DNA from: Tubulanus polymorphus
Taxonomy: Eukaryota; Animalia; Nemertea
Length of the DNA stretch: 64,000 nt
Direction of reading: 5' to 3'
Assembly (NCBI RefSeq): GCF_964204645.1
Contig: NC_134026.1
Span: forward strand, 3,185,950-3,249,949
Part shown: piece by piece, positions 1 through 32,318 of the stretch
Numbering within the stretch: position 1 is the first letter of the stretch
Layout: every line of letters begins with the position of its first letter
The notes under the pieces: generated by a model
Told to the model about the DNA's origin: nothing
The model's database searches: none
Seen by the model: only the letters and a program-made list of their open reading frames with translations
Translations under genes and position numbers: made by a program

Positions 1-2190
1 GCCTGGGACAACCACGATTCATGTGCGTCGTGCAGGCGCAAATCCGGTCAAATATGTGCAAGGAGCAATCCTTGCAATATTTGCGTCGTGTGGTCCGAGG
101 ACCTTTGGCTTCGGGCCGATAAGGCTCTTAAACTAAGAGATCGTCGTCGAGTTAGCAGGGATTCGTCGGTTTCGGCCGATGTGCCAACCGACGTTTCTAA
201 TCCTGTTTCTTATCGTAAAGCGGAGCGGTCGCCGGTCGTTCAGGTACGATCGGCTTCCCAACTCCGTTCACCGGGGAGGAACGCTGGTTCACCGGCACCG
301 GTCTCCGGTCATTCACCGGTCTCTGGTCGTTCACCGGTTCGGCCGGTTCGGCCGGTTCAGACTACATGTTCGGAACCGAGCGCGCGCCGCGGTAGTCGCG
401 AACGGCCCGCACCGGTTCGGTCGGTACCGGTCCGGTCCGGGTCGGGCATCGGTCCGGTTCGGTCCGGTTCGGCCACCGGTCCGGTCCAGACGTCGTCCGG
501 TACAAAACATCCGGTACGTTCATCGTCTGATTCTGATCGTCGCTCCGGGGATAGAGCTCGCTCTCCCACTAGATTTAGACGCCGGGAGCGTAATAAACGA
601 GCAAGATCTCCTTCTCGCAGATCAAGGTTTGATCGCGAGAGGGACTACGATCGTTATTGTCGGAAGTTTCGCCGTCGGTCTTCTCATCGTTCGTCGACGT
701 CGGTTAGCGATGAAAGCGATTCTTCTAGTAGGTCACGATCCCGTTCGAGGGACCGTCACCGAAGTCGGCATGATCGTCGGGATACTGGAAAATACCTGAC
801 TCAGAAGGATTTCCATGTATTTGAGGAGAAAATTTTAAACTTGTTATCTTCGTCGCAACAAGTCGCTGCAACTTCTACAACAGGTAAGCCTATTCCTGAT
901 TGTCCGGTTAGAAGTTCGCCAGCCCACTCAGTTTTTCGGAATTCTGACTCTGAATTCCTGGATGCTGCGGTAGGGTCTGATTTCAATGAGGATCCGGTCC
1001 CAGAGGCGGCAATTCCTTCTGGGGTCGTTCCTGTCGCAAGCAATTGTGGGTTGCCCCAGACGATGGGGGCTTCCCTGGCTCGCAATGTATCTCCGTCCCG
1101 TTCAGTTTTATCCGAACCAGCGGGGGACATGCCATTTAGAGCGATGATAAGTGAGTTCTTTGTCAAGCACGGGGCAACTCGCGCTAAGCCCACAGCAGCT
1201 CCTCTGGTCGGTGAGTCAATGGAAGCTTATCGCCCTCCGGACTCCGATCTTAACGTTTTACGGGAATCGTCAGCGGTTTCAAGAGAATGGGCTCGATTGG
1301 ATACGCAATTATGGGGTGAATGTCGGCCTGGAACTTTTTCATTTCCCCCTCCAGAACGGGGTATGAAATCTGGGAAATATTTTAGTTCAACCGATCCACC
1401 TATAGGCGCATTTCGCTCGGCGTATTACGCAACTCCAGGTGCTGTGGATCACAGTCATAACTGCCTGGATGCTGATTATACTTTGATCAGCCCGGATACT
1501 GTTACAGCACAGTCGGGTATTCGTTTGCCTAAGTCCGGTTTGGTGGCCATGACGTCAATCCTGGACAATCTTACCAGGGTTGGTTCGTTTCAAGATATGG
1601 CACTTAAGGTGTTGACGGGTGAGCTTCGCGAGACTCACGCCGCCGTTCATGCGGGCTCCGACCCAGAGTCAGTTGCCCTAAAACTGGAGGGAATGGACCG
1701 GATTATCCAATCTTTGGCTCGGTCTGTTTCGCATGTAATTCCGTTGTCGGTTCGGGGTCAGGCTAATCTGGTGTTAGCCTCCCGTCAGTCAGTGATGGAC
1801 TCCAGTGCCAAAACTCGTCTACCGGATATGGTGTCCAATGCTTTGCTGAGAGCCCCATTGGGGACGTCTTCACGTCTCTTCTCCGGTTGGTGCGCTCCGG
1901 TTTCCGCAGAGCTGAGGAAGATTCGGGAGGTTCAGGCCAAGTCCAACCCCCGAACTCCGTGGAAAAAGCGTTCTGGTCCGACGCCGGCGGCGCAAGGTTC
2001 GGCACGGACGCAAACAGGACCATCTCAAACTTCAGCGCTTTCTCAGGCGGCTTCGGATGCCGGTTGGAGAACTAGCGCGCAACTTCAACAATCGTGTCAA
2101 GCCTCGTCCGGTCGTAACAGTTCCGGTTCGTATCGAGGCAAGGGGAAGGCTCCAAAAAGGGGCTCTTCCTTTCGGAAAAACTCGAAATGA
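1..2190 (+). CDS. DIRS ORF1, Gag-like protein (5'-partial)
   Basis: Frame 1 is open from base 1: AWDNHDSCASCRRKSGQICARSNPCNICVVW, a Cys/His zinc-binding-like cluster typical of DIRS1 gag N-termini. It is followed by R/S/P-rich low complexity. Stop TGA at 2188-2190. Confidence 0.85.
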   Translation, partial: AWDNHDSCASCRRKSGQICARSNPCNICVVWSEDLWLRADKALKLRDRRRVSRDSSVSADVPTDVSNPVSYRKAERSPVVQVRSASQLRSPGRNAGSPAPVSGHSPVSGRSPVRPVRPVQTTCSEPSARRGSRERPAPVRSVPVRSGSGIGPVRSGSATGPVQTSSGTKHPVRSSSDSDRRSGDRARSPTRFRRRERNKRARSPSRRSRFDRERDYDRYCRKFRRRSSHRSSTSVSDESDSSSRSRSRSRDRHRSRHDRRDTGKYLTQKDFHVFEEKILNLLSSSQQVAATSTTGKPIPDCPVRSSPAHSVFRNSDSEFLDAAVGSDFNEDPVPEAAIPSGVVPVASNCGLPQTMGASLARNVSPSRSVLSEPAGDMPFRAMISEFFVKHGATRAKPTAAPLVGESMEAYRPPDSDLNVLRESSAVSREWARLDTQLWGECRPGTFSFPPPERGMKSGKYFSSTDPPIGAFRSAYYATPGAVDHSHNCLDADYTLISPDTVTAQSGIRLPKSGLVAMTSILDNLTRVGSFQDMALKVLTGELRETHAAVHAGSDPESVALKLEGMDRIIQSLARSVSHVIPLSVRGQANLVLASRQSVMDSSAKTRLPDMVSNALLRAPLGTSSRLFSGWCAPVSAELRKIREVQAKSNPRTPWKKRSGPTPAAQGSARTQTGPSQTSALSQAASDAGWRTSAQLQQSCQASSGRNSSGSYRGKGKAPKRGSSFRKNSK
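270..520 (+). repeat. Degenerate CCGGT(T/C)(CG) tandem repeats inside gag, encoding PVR/SPV/SG repeats
   Basis: Many adjacent ccggtt/ccggtc units are visible. Confidence 0.7.
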
Positions 2191-4228
2191 ATTCTTGGGA
2201 CCAGTGGGAGGTTGTCTGCAGCAGGCAGCAACCCACTGGTCCGACCTCTTTGGAGACGGTTGGCCCTCCCGGGTCGTCTCTCGGGGCTACCGTCTCCGTT
2301 TCCTAAGGCGACCGCGCCTGATGAGGTCACCTCCCGACATGCGGCCAAAACCAGGTCAGGAGGCCTTAATCTCTCCGGCTCTCAAGGAACTGGCAGAGAA
2401 GGGAGCGATAGAACCAGTTTGCAACGAAACTTCTCCCGGCTGGTTTTCTCGAATATTCATGGTACCAAAGGCCACAGGGGGTCAACGGACAGTGATAGAT
2501 CTGTCATCCCTCAATCGGCACCTAGACATTCCAAGGTTCCGGATGACCAAGCCCAAGGACGTGATTCAAGGGCTCCGTCCGGGTCAATGGGCAGCTTCAT
2601 TGGACCTGAAAGATGCTTACTTTCAGGTTCCAATTCACCCAAAATCTCGGCGATTTCTCAGGATAAAGTGGAAAGGCCGCCAGTTCCAATTCAGGTCTCT
2701 TCCATTTGGCCTCAGTACGGCCCCGTGGGTTTTCACCAAGTTGGTCAAGTCAGTTCAGAAGGTACTTCAGTCAAGGGGTGTTCGACTGTTCGTTTACCTC
2801 GACGACTGGTTAATAGTCGCGAATTCGGCTCAGGAATGTCGGGAGGCAATGACCTCAGTCTTGGACTTAGTCCATCAGCTAGGGTTCCGCGTAAACAGGG
2901 AAAAATCTCAGTTGACGCCGGCCCAACAGTTCACTTATCTCGGCATGGACTTCGATCTCCGAATCGGCAAAGTCTTTCCGTCTATGGTTCGAGTGGCCAA
3001 ACTTCAAGAAGCTGTAGCGGGAGTGTCCACAACCCCGAGAACAGCTCGTTACTGGTCACGGCTTCTAGGCTCCATCAGCTCCATGGGTCTGGTGGTGCCC
3101 TTAGGCCGCCTCAGAAGCAGGCGCTTGCAACAATATTGGAAGGTCTTCTGGTCTCAGTCGAAGGGCAACTGGGAGGCCTTGATTCCCGTACCTCCAACCG
3201 ATCTAAGTCCGGATCTTCAGTGGTGGGCGGCCACTACGAATCTTCGGCTCGGGGTGTCACTAGCCCCGTTAGAGGCTCCAGTTCGTGTATTCACGGATGC
3301 CAGTCACCAAGGTTGGGGGGCACATCTGGAGAACCGAGTCAAAGCCGGGAAATGGTCTCGCTACGAGGCCACCAACCACATAAATTTCCTAGAAATGCTG
3401 GCCGTGTGGAAGGCCCTGAAGTTCTTTCACAGGAGAGTGGAGGGCCACCACGTTTGGTTAGCCACAGACAATTCAACAGTGAGGGCTTACCTTCAGAACC
3501 AAGGGGGCACTCACTCAGAAACCCTCACAGGTCTGTCGGCCAAAATTCTTCTTTGGTGCCAGACAAAGGGCGTGTCCCTGACTGTGGCACATTTAGCAGG
3601 GAAAAGGAACGTGATGGCCGATGCTCTGTCTCGTCGAGGTCAGGCTATTGCGACAGAATGGGTTCTCCACCAAGAAGTAGCCGATCGGGTTCGGGGCATT
3701 TTTGGCAATCCGCTGCTGGATCTGTTTGCCACCCGGTTCAATCGGAGGTGTCCTCTGTTTGTGTCCCCGTTTCCAGACGCGGAAGCGTGGGGGGTCGATG
3801 CCTTCTCTCTGGACTGGTCGGGGATGCATGCGTATGCGTTCCCGCCCACACCAGTCCTGCCGCGCTTACTGGATCAAATAGAGAGATCAGTCAATTGCAA
3901 CATAGTTCTGGTAGCACCATGTTGGCCGGCTCAGAAATGGTTCCTACCACTTCTCAACCTACTGTGCGACAACCCCAGGATTCTTCCGAATTTCCCATCG
4001 CTTCTGTCTCAGGGGATCTTTCGGCATCATCCAAACAGCCAGTGGTTAAATCTGCTCGCCTGGCCATTGTCCAGCGATCCTTGTCAGCTTCAGGCTTTTC
4101 AGAACAGGCTGCCTCCTTTATCGCAGGATCTAAGCGGCCATCAACAAGTACCATTTACGATGCCAAGTGGAGTCATTTTGCGGATTGGTGTGCTGCAGGG
4201 GAAATTGATCCATGCTCACCCTCTGTAG
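2057..4228 (+). CDS. DIRS pol: reverse transcriptase + RNase H + adenine methyltransferase-like domain
   Basis: RT motifs LDLKDAYFQV, LPFGLSTAP and YLDD. RNase H motifs FTDAS, HINFLEMLAV, TDN and NVMADALSR. C-terminal DLFA...DAFSLDW...YAFPP MT-like motifs. Confidence 0.95.
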   Translation: MPVGELARNFNNRVKPRPVVTVPVRIEARGRLQKGALPFGKTRNEFLGPVGGCLQQAATHWSDLFGDGWPSRVVSRGYRLRFLRRPRLMRSPPDMRPKPGQEALISPALKELAEKGAIEPVCNETSPGWFSRIFMVPKATGGQRTVIDLSSLNRHLDIPRFRMTKPKDVIQGLRPGQWAASLDLKDAYFQVPIHPKSRRFLRIKWKGRQFQFRSLPFGLSTAPWVFTKLVKSVQKVLQSRGVRLFVYLDDWLIVANSAQECREAMTSVLDLVHQLGFRVNREKSQLTPAQQFTYLGMDFDLRIGKVFPSMVRVAKLQEAVAGVSTTPRTARYWSRLLGSISSMGLVVPLGRLRSRRLQQYWKVFWSQSKGNWEALIPVPPTDLSPDLQWWAATTNLRLGVSLAPLEAPVRVFTDASHQGWGAHLENRVKAGKWSRYEATNHINFLEMLAVWKALKFFHRRVEGHHVWLATDNSTVRAYLQNQGGTHSETLTGLSAKILLWCQTKGVSLTVAHLAGKRNVMADALSRRGQAIATEWVLHQEVADRVRGIFGNPLLDLFATRFNRRCPLFVSPFPDAEAWGVDAFSLDWSGMHAYAFPPTPVLPRLLDQIERSVNCNIVLVAPCWPAQKWFLPLLNLLCDNPRILPNFPSLLSQGIFRHHPNSQWLNLLAWPLSSDPCQLQAFQNRLPPLSQDLSGHQQVPFTMPSGVILRIGVLQGKLIHAHPL

Positions 4229-5139
4229 CTCAATTGGCAGATTTTTTACTGCACCTATTTGTAGCAAAAGGTTTACAGGTCATAACTATTAAAGGTTACC
4301 GCTCCGCGATTTCTCATACATTGCGTGCTTCTGGATGGCCAAATGTAGCAGGGGATCATCGGATATCCCAGCTGGTTGCTGGGTTTTCTATTTCCCGGCC
4401 TCGGGTAACAAGGACAGTTCCACCATGGGATCTGTCTGTAATTTTGAAGAAGTTAATGGAGGCTCCATTTGAACCTCTTTCGGCAGCGTCTTTTGCAAAT
4501 TTGTCAAAAAAGACTGTATTTTTGCTGTTCTTGGCTTGCTCGGCCCGTCGCTCTGAGATTCATGCGCTTTCAGTCCGACCAGGTCACATTGTCTTTGGGC
4601 CAGCGAATGAATTTGTTTCGCTGCGGCCTGCTTTGGAATTTTTGGCAAAGAACCAACGACCAGGCTCGGTTGGGCGTCAATGGCGAATTGAAGCCCTAAA
4701 ACATCGAGTGGAACCGGGCATCCCGGACAGGACTTTATGTCCTGTGCGGGCGTTGTGTTTCTATTTAGATCGCTCTGCTTCACGGAGGGGTTCACGGGAG
4801 CGGTTATTTATTCCGCTGCTGGATCACCTAAAGGGTGATATTTCGCGGGACACAGTAGCCCGATGGGTCTCTTCAATGATCAAGGACATTTTATTGAAGG
4901 AGAATCTTTCCTCGGAGGGAGTCGTTTCTCATCAAGTGAGGTCTATGGCTACTTCCTGCGCAGCCTTTTCGGGTGCTCCGTTGGAGGAAGTCTGTCGGGC
5001 CGCCTTTTGGAATTCACCGTCGACATTCACGTCATTTTATTTACGGGATGTTTCAGGCCAGTTAGGCTCATTAGCTTCACTGGGTCCTGTTGTCATGGCT
5101 CAAGGTGTCCGTTCTTTCCGATCGGACCCTTTAGTGTAG
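2191..5139 (+). CDS. DIRS tyrosine recombinase ORF (overlaps pol by ~2 kb; true start unknown)
   Basis: The C-terminal ~330 aa carry a core-binding-like region (STIYDAKWSHFADWC, TIKGYRSAIS) and the catalytic set R (SARRSEI), K (LAKN), HxxR (HQVR), W (AAFW) and Y (FTSFY). Confidence 0.93.
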   Translation: MLGTSGRLSAAGSNPLVRPLWRRLALPGRLSGLPSPFPKATAPDEVTSRHAAKTRSGGLNLSGSQGTGREGSDRTSLQRNFSRLVFSNIHGTKGHRGSTDSDRSVIPQSAPRHSKVPDDQAQGRDSRAPSGSMGSFIGPERCLLSGSNSPKISAISQDKVERPPVPIQVSSIWPQYGPVGFHQVGQVSSEGTSVKGCSTVRLPRRLVNSREFGSGMSGGNDLSLGLSPSARVPRKQGKISVDAGPTVHLSRHGLRSPNRQSLSVYGSSGQTSRSCSGSVHNPENSSLLVTASRLHQLHGSGGALRPPQKQALATILEGLLVSVEGQLGGLDSRTSNRSKSGSSVVGGHYESSARGVTSPVRGSSSCIHGCQSPRLGGTSGEPSQSREMVSLRGHQPHKFPRNAGRVEGPEVLSQESGGPPRLVSHRQFNSEGLPSEPRGHSLRNPHRSVGQNSSLVPDKGRVPDCGTFSREKERDGRCSVSSRSGYCDRMGSPPRSSRSGSGHFWQSAAGSVCHPVQSEVSSVCVPVSRRGSVGGRCLLSGLVGDACVCVPAHTSPAALTGSNREISQLQHSSGSTMLAGSEMVPTTSQPTVRQPQDSSEFPIASVSGDLSASSKQPVVKSARLAIVQRSLSASGFSEQAASFIAGSKRPSTSTIYDAKWSHFADWCAAGEIDPCSPSVAQLADFLLHLFVAKGLQVITIKGYRSAISHTLRASGWPNVAGDHRISQLVAGFSISRPRVTRTVPPWDLSVILKKLMEAPFEPLSAASFANLSKKTVFLLFLACSARRSEIHALSVRPGHIVFGPANEFVSLRPALEFLAKNQRPGSVGRQWRIEALKHRVEPGIPDRTLCPVRALCFYLDRSASRRGSRERLFIPLLDHLKGDISRDTVARWVSSMIKDILLKENLSSEGVVSHQVRSMATSCAAFSGAPLEEVCRAAFWNSPSTFTSFYLRDVSGQLGSLASLGPVVMAQGVRSFRSDPLV

Positions 5140-5397
5140 AATATTTATGTAGCATTATCAGGATCACAGGGGGTGTATCCTTGTACATAGTTTGGGCTCA
5201 TATCTGCAAGTATTAATTTCGCAAAATTCTGGGGGGGCCCCTGAGCTGGACGGACTCACTGTGGCCAACCGGTCTTCCCTGTGCTACAGTGCTCCATTCC
5301 GTGCTTGGGTAAGTGCTCTCTTTTTCCCTCTTACCTTGCGTTTGAGCGGTGGTTTTTCTATCTACCTTTCCCACCATCCTTGTGCTAGGCTAGTCTA

Positions 5398-5495
5398 GCA
5401 AAAACCATAGGAAAGGGTACAGTACTCGATGGAAATATTACAATTTTTGGAACTAAAATTTGTATTTCCGAGTAGTACTTACCCTTTCCTATGGT
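5398..5495. repeat. DIRS internal complementary region (ICR)
   Basis: 5433-5495 is the exact 63-nt reverse complement of 5657-5719. 5398-5419 (gcaaaaaccataggaaagggta) is a direct repeat of 5651-5672. Confidence 0.9.
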
Positions 5496-5650
5496 GGGAA
5501 TCCCGCCCACCTGCCCCGCATAGCTGTTTTTTTTTTTGGTCTGCTATGACGAAAAAAGATGGCGGATTTCGCCGGTGGCTAAATGCAATACCGCAGGGCC
5601 GGGTCGTATAGAAAAACCATTGGCGATAAATCCAAATTTAGAAAATATTG

Positions 5651-5719
5651 GCAAAAACCATAGGAAAGGGTAAGTACTACTCGGAAATACAAATTTTAGT
5701 TCCAAAAATTGTAATATTT
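5651..5719. repeat. 3' end of DIRS right terminal repeat and extension (ends in TTT)
   Basis: Complementary to the ICR. Similarity ends at ...gtaatattt 5719. Confidence 0.85.
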
Positions 5720-8616
5720 ACCCCTCTACGAGAGTGCACCATTTTCTAGTCATTATTCCGCTTAAAAGATGAGAAAAATTGAAACCGGCAGCTTAGTCCA
5801 ACTGCTTAAAATGAGTTTGTGAAGCTGGCCGCAAGCTGAGCGGATATATTGGGAAAATTGTTTTCACCAACTTCGATGAAGATTCATTCTAATTGTTGGT
5901 ATTCGGTAGTTCATTACTTCATAATTTGTTCACATGTAATTGGCATTGCGATAAACTGTTCATTGGAGTAATTAGAAATGTATACAGCAATTATGAATCA
6001 AAAGGTCAAAACGCTATGGTAACTTAAGCCGGATTTTTATTATTAGATCTGATATTTCATTGAGGTAACAAGAAAAATATGTGGAGTCTCCTGATGTATC
6101 GTTTCTCTTCGGTTATGAATTTTCAGTGTTATTGAAGATTTCATTCACTCATTGCCAATTATGTCAAATCTGACAAAGTTGGAAGGAAATTTAGTAGCTG
6201 TTCCTGTCAGACAATATTGATGAGGGTTGAAATGTTGCTTTTAACCAGTGTAAGGTGATGTGTAAAATGAACCTATGAGAAAATTGTGCTGATCTTTACA
6301 TTCGATTCTTTTCTTATGACAGCCATAAGTTTTTCGAAAGATTCAGAAATTATATGTGTACAAATTTTTCTTATTATTAGAAAATGAATATTTGTTGAAT
6401 AATAGTTGAATAAATGTATTTATATGAAATATTCTAAGTGTTCTATTGTAAAGTGTTAGGGATAAGCGATCTATCATAATTAGTAGTGGTAAGCCGATTC
6501 TAATCAATTTCCATGTCCAAGCTTGTGGTAGGAGAAAGAGAGAAAGGTTTATGAGAGAAGGTTTATTTATATGAACAGGCACACCTGTCACCCTTTTATA
6601 AGGTATATTTTGTTTGTCAGATTGTACAGCAGTTCTGGTCAGTCGATTAATTCATGCTTTGCTGAGAAAGAATTATAGCTTATTTGCATTTCATATATAA
6701 ATATATATATATATTCATATATATATTGTAGAAAATAATATAGGATTAAATCCTGTGATATCCTTGTCCAAATATCTGCACCGAGACAACTACCGGTGTT
6801 GTTGAGATGAAGAAATGTGTTTAGTAGAATGATGATTATCATACAAACTGCGATATACAGTGGAATTATGCCTGAATAATCATGTTACTGACAGTGGTCT
6901 AGAGATTTGGCAACAGTACAAATATATGTCACATCATAGGAATGTCATGCTAGTGTAGCTCACGTTGCTTCGATCAATTACAGTAGGTTTAGTAATGAAC
7001 AGAATATGAATTGTAGATTGAAATATTTCCAAAGTACCTGTGATGCATCAGCTTGCGCATTGACCACAATCTCACCCAATATGACAGGTTGGTCAATCTT
7101 ATGGAAATCAATACATAATTTCCTTCTGTTTGTTACGTTGATAGGTCAATGAGCACAGGGCAGAATTTATGCAGATATTTCGTTTATTACGTCTAGTGAT
7201 ATAACTTAGCAGGCAATGAAAAATGAATAGTTGTGAATAGGAAACTCGGTACTGCGGTTAGTTTTCACCTTATTCCCAGAACAAGATGAAACATTATATA
7301 ATCCTGCTATCATGAGCTTTCGAGAAATAGTCTATGTTGTTTTGAAACTATTTATTTACTTCATGTGTCTGTAAATTAGTGTTCAGACAAAAAATACATG
7401 GATTAGTTTACATTTTGTGGGTTAGTAAATGTTTTGCATCAGTCTGAAATCTTGGCATACCTTTGTTTTCTAAGATGTTGATATTCAGAAAGAAATGCGT
7501 AGGAGTATTGAACGCATTGTTGTATTATGCACAATCATATTTTCATATCATCAGTAATTTTATAAGGAATATTTGTTTGTATATTTACAGGAGCTCAGTG
7601 TAAGACAGGCGTGTGCCCCAGGATTGTAGACTACAATGAGCATCAATGGTGTTGACCAATGAGGAATTATCAGTATATTTAACAGTTGCATCATAAAGTG
7701 GTTCATGCGTAACTTCGTTACTTCAATGCAAATCCAATCTAAACTTAAACCACATAACAACAAAGTTCCCTGAAAATCTTTCAATTATACAACCAATTGT
7801 TTTGTAATATCTGGTAGAAGATTTTTCAAAATATTAACATTTCGGTCTATATAGTAGACTTATTCGTTATAAAAAGGTTTTACTTTATTGAATGTTAATT
7901 TTCTGTGCATGAAATTGCTTACATATAAGCCAGCTGTATGTTTGATCAAATATATTCAATACTTAACAACCAACCTATAGACGCGTTGAATGTATTTTTG
8001 TACTGCGTATGTAATTGTAAATACTTGTTATACTGTATATTATTTGTAAATAAATACATGACATAATGTTATCTGAAAGCTTTTTCTGTGTCTTGTTCTT
8101 TTGTGCTCTTGTCATATCACCATAGGATACCGGCTTTGATTTTCCCCTTTATTGAGTCTTGAAGTATTCTTTGGACTGATGTGAATTGTTTCCCATAAAA
8201 TGCTGGCTCAAATGAAATGTTGCCGATGAAATGATGATTTTGAAGAATCGCTATGGATTACAAAGAGGATCCTTATTTGAGAATTTATGACCATAAGTAA
8301 TTGATATGTGTTGAATAAAACAAAAATCCATACTATAATAAATGTTTGGAATGAAAATTAAAAGCACAAGCAACTGTTCCTAAGAAAAAGCCAAATAATT
8401 AAAAGATTTTCAGCTCTGTGCAATGATAAATTTACATTGCATAATATGACAAGTTATCGTTCATCAAATTTTATAAGCTTAGGATATAAACTACAAAACT
8501 GTACTATCCATACTTTTGAATGAATTTTCATATGTATGATATGTGGAAGTTGAAATTTGGAAGATGAGTTGCAGAAGTCAAATTGTATGAACATCAAAAA
8601 TTTTCATATATTATGT

Positions 8617-8694
8617 TGACGTCATTTATCACGTGGCAGATTCTCGGGCCAATCTAGTATGAACACATTACACTCGTAAAGGGGAGAATTTCCC
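8617..8694 (+). promoter_or_regulatory. Candidate SERCA promoter cluster: CRE (TGACGTCA 8617-8624), CACGTGG (8630-8636), CCAAT (8649-8653)
   Basis: Motifs cluster ~500 bp upstream of the SERCA ATG. This is a motif match only. Confidence 0.35.
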
Positions 8695-9145
8695 TATACA
8701 TTTAGTCTGCTACAGCACTCGCACTCAGTGAGCGCGGAATAGGCAGTCTCAGAAATTTCCTCTTAAAAACGGGAATTTCTTATTTCGACATAATTTCGGA
8801 TCTATTCTACGCCTTAGAGTGGACGGTCGAATTATTCTATTGATTGAGAGAATAATGACAGAGTCCACGACACGGATTAGAAATTCATAGCCGCGAACAC
8901 CCCTATTTATTGTAGTGGATTAGCCCATTCTTTTTCGTACTAACACAACTCGGAACAGAGCTCGTGTTAGCATAGGGTAAATACGGCACCGGTGGTAAAA
9001 TCTTGCTGGAGTTAAATATCTGGCTAAGATTTTCGGACGAATTTGTAAAGGAGTTTACGATCTGTGTTTTGGAGGACCGGTCTGATTTTCGGTGTGGATT
9101 TATGAAGTTATTTAGCAGGTGACAAAAATCTGAATATAGGAAAAT

Positions 9146-32318
<23,173 letters not shown>

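Larger units (their letters stand above)
1..5719 (+). mobile_element. DIRS1-like tyrosine-recombinase retrotransposon (5' end lies left of the window), apparently intact
   Basis: Three long uninterrupted ORFs (gag-like; RT/RNaseH/MT; YR overlapping RT). An internal complementary region at 5398-5495 is complementary to the right end at 5657-5719. The element is GC-richer than the AT-rich flank that starts at ~5720. Confidence 0.95.

Noticed and set aside
179-5611. Short alternative-frame and antisense ORFs within the DIRS element
   Set aside because: Expected by-products of GC-rich, stop-poor coding DNA, with no motifs.
6829-6891. ATGATGA...CTGA, possible C/D snoRNA
   Set aside because: No convincing terminal stem or recognisable rRNA-complementary guide.
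7591-7660. Acceptor-like site and short open frames, possible last exon of an upstream host gene
   Set aside because: No recognisable protein similarity, and it cannot be linked to other exons in the window.
8630-8653. ERSE/ERSE-II unfolded-protein-response element upstream of SERCA
   Set aside because: CGTGG and CCAAT are present, but their spacing and orientation match neither consensus.
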